A stretch of DNA of 63,979 bases, the filler included, from a bacterium (GTDB taxonomy: Bacteria; JALSQH01), in the NCBI GenBank assembly GCA_026985515.1. It is 9 parts of 9 records of this genome, joined end to end, with 100 filler letters (N's around TTAATTAATTAA, not from the genome) between each part and the next. Parts side by side here need not be neighbours in the genome. Positions count along the whole stretch, not along the records: positions 62,435 to 63,979 come from JALSQH010000235.1; 8 more parts are not named here. The stretch is one strand, 5' to 3'. Below, one piece after another: positions 63,426-63,979 of the stretch. Each line of letters starts with the position of its first letter. Within the stretch, counting starts at the first letter, position 1. The translations under genes were made by a program, and so were the position numbers. Under the pieces are notes generated by a model. It had not been told where the DNA came from and made no database searches. It was given only the letters and a program-made list of their open reading frames with translations.

Positions 63426-63979
63426 AAAAATCTTTGTACTTTCTACCAGAAATCGGGGAAAGTTGAGGGAATTTAAAAGAATAATTGATTCAATCAATCT
63501 TGTGACCCTCGATGAGATAGGTTTTGAATGGAATATAAAAGAGGTGGGAGAAACTTTCTGCGAAAATGCCCTGATAAAAGCAAGATTTCCCCATGATATT
63601 ACCGGGTTTCCTGTCATAAGTGATGATTCGGGGATTGTTGTTCCTGCTCTGGGAAATAGTCCGGGTATATATTCTGCCAGGTTTGCAGGAGAAAATGCCA
63701 CTGATGAGGAGAATAATAAAAAATTGCTTAAGCTTGTTTCCCGGTTACCTGAAAATCAGAGGAGTGCTTACTATTTTTGCTGCGTCGCCTTCTGTTATGA
63801 CAGCAGGTGCGTTACATTTACGGGTAGAGTTGATGGAGTCATAACTCTTGAGCCGAGAGGAGAGGAGGGTTTTGGTTATGATCCGCTTTTTTATCTGCCA
63901 GAGTATGGCAGAACAATGGCCGAACTTTCCCCTGAGGAGAAGGATAGAATCAGCCACAGGGGAAGGGCAATCAGAAAAC
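63418..63979 (+). CDS. rdgB: Non-canonical purine NTP pyrophosphatase RdgB/HAM1 (runs off the window; missing from the ORF track)
   Basis: My translation from GTG 63418 gives STRNRGKLREF, ETFCENALIKA, SDDSG, PGIYSARFAG, GFGYDPLF, SHRG; follows rph as usual. Confidence 0.93.
   Translation, partial: MGKKIFVLSTRNRGKLREFKRIIDSINLVTLDEIGFEWNIKEVGETFCENALIKARFPHDITGFPVISDDSGIVVPALGNSPGIYSARFAGENATDEENNKKLLKLVSRLPENQRSAYYFCCVAFCYDSRCVTFTGRVDGVITLEPRGEEGFGYDPLFYLPEYGRTMAELSPEEKDRISHRGRAIRK

Noticed and set aside
63372..63957. Minus-strand and off-frame ORFs listed in the track at the window end
   Set aside because: Shadows of the plus-strand rdgB gene, which the track missed because it has no stop within the window

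Overview
This window is not one locus. It is nine assembly pieces joined by artificial 100-nt linkers (N44-TTAATTAATTAA-N44) at 9784-9883, 19636-19735, 29387-29486, 39071-39170, 48587-48686, 57865-57964, 60101-60200 and 62335-62434, so gene neighbourhood is only meaningful inside each piece. The DNA comes from a diderm, LPS-making bacterium (lpxK, lpxL-like, gmhB-like, bamD). Lys/Glu/Ile-rich proteins and a tungsten-type AOR suggest a thermophilic anaerobe, and a MYXO-CTERM-like tail, a TIGR02266-like PilZ domain and CarD point to a Myxococcota/deltaproteobacterial lineage. Most of the content is housekeeping: purH; mnmA-mtaB-rnc-era-der; yceD-rpmF-fabK-fabD; rplU-rpmA-obg-proB-proA-nadD-rsfS-rlmH; rph-rdgB; tRNA-Ala(GGC) and tRNA-Leu(CAA). 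Six accessory elements stand out. (1) A type I-D CRISPR-Cas effector operon (cas6-cas10d-cas7-cas5-cas3', array off-contig) with a clear internal RBS+ATG for a hidden Cas11d, a probably leaderless cas6 and a sharp composition break after cas6. (2) A lipase | TatT-DctP-AOR-MoaD-lysophospholipase cluster, possibly for lipid or fatty-aldehyde scavenging. (3) Two tandem paralogous ~750-aa acidic lipoproteins of a family I do not recognise, behind a promoter overlapped by a perfect palindrome. (4) An FAD-oxidase/CCG Fe-S/SCP2-like operon. (5) A >1000-aa MYXO-CTERM surface protein paired with a PKD/beta-propeller lipoprotein. (6) A D-glucuronyl C5-epimerase-like lipoprotein. All family assignments come from motif recognition by eye; no searches were run.
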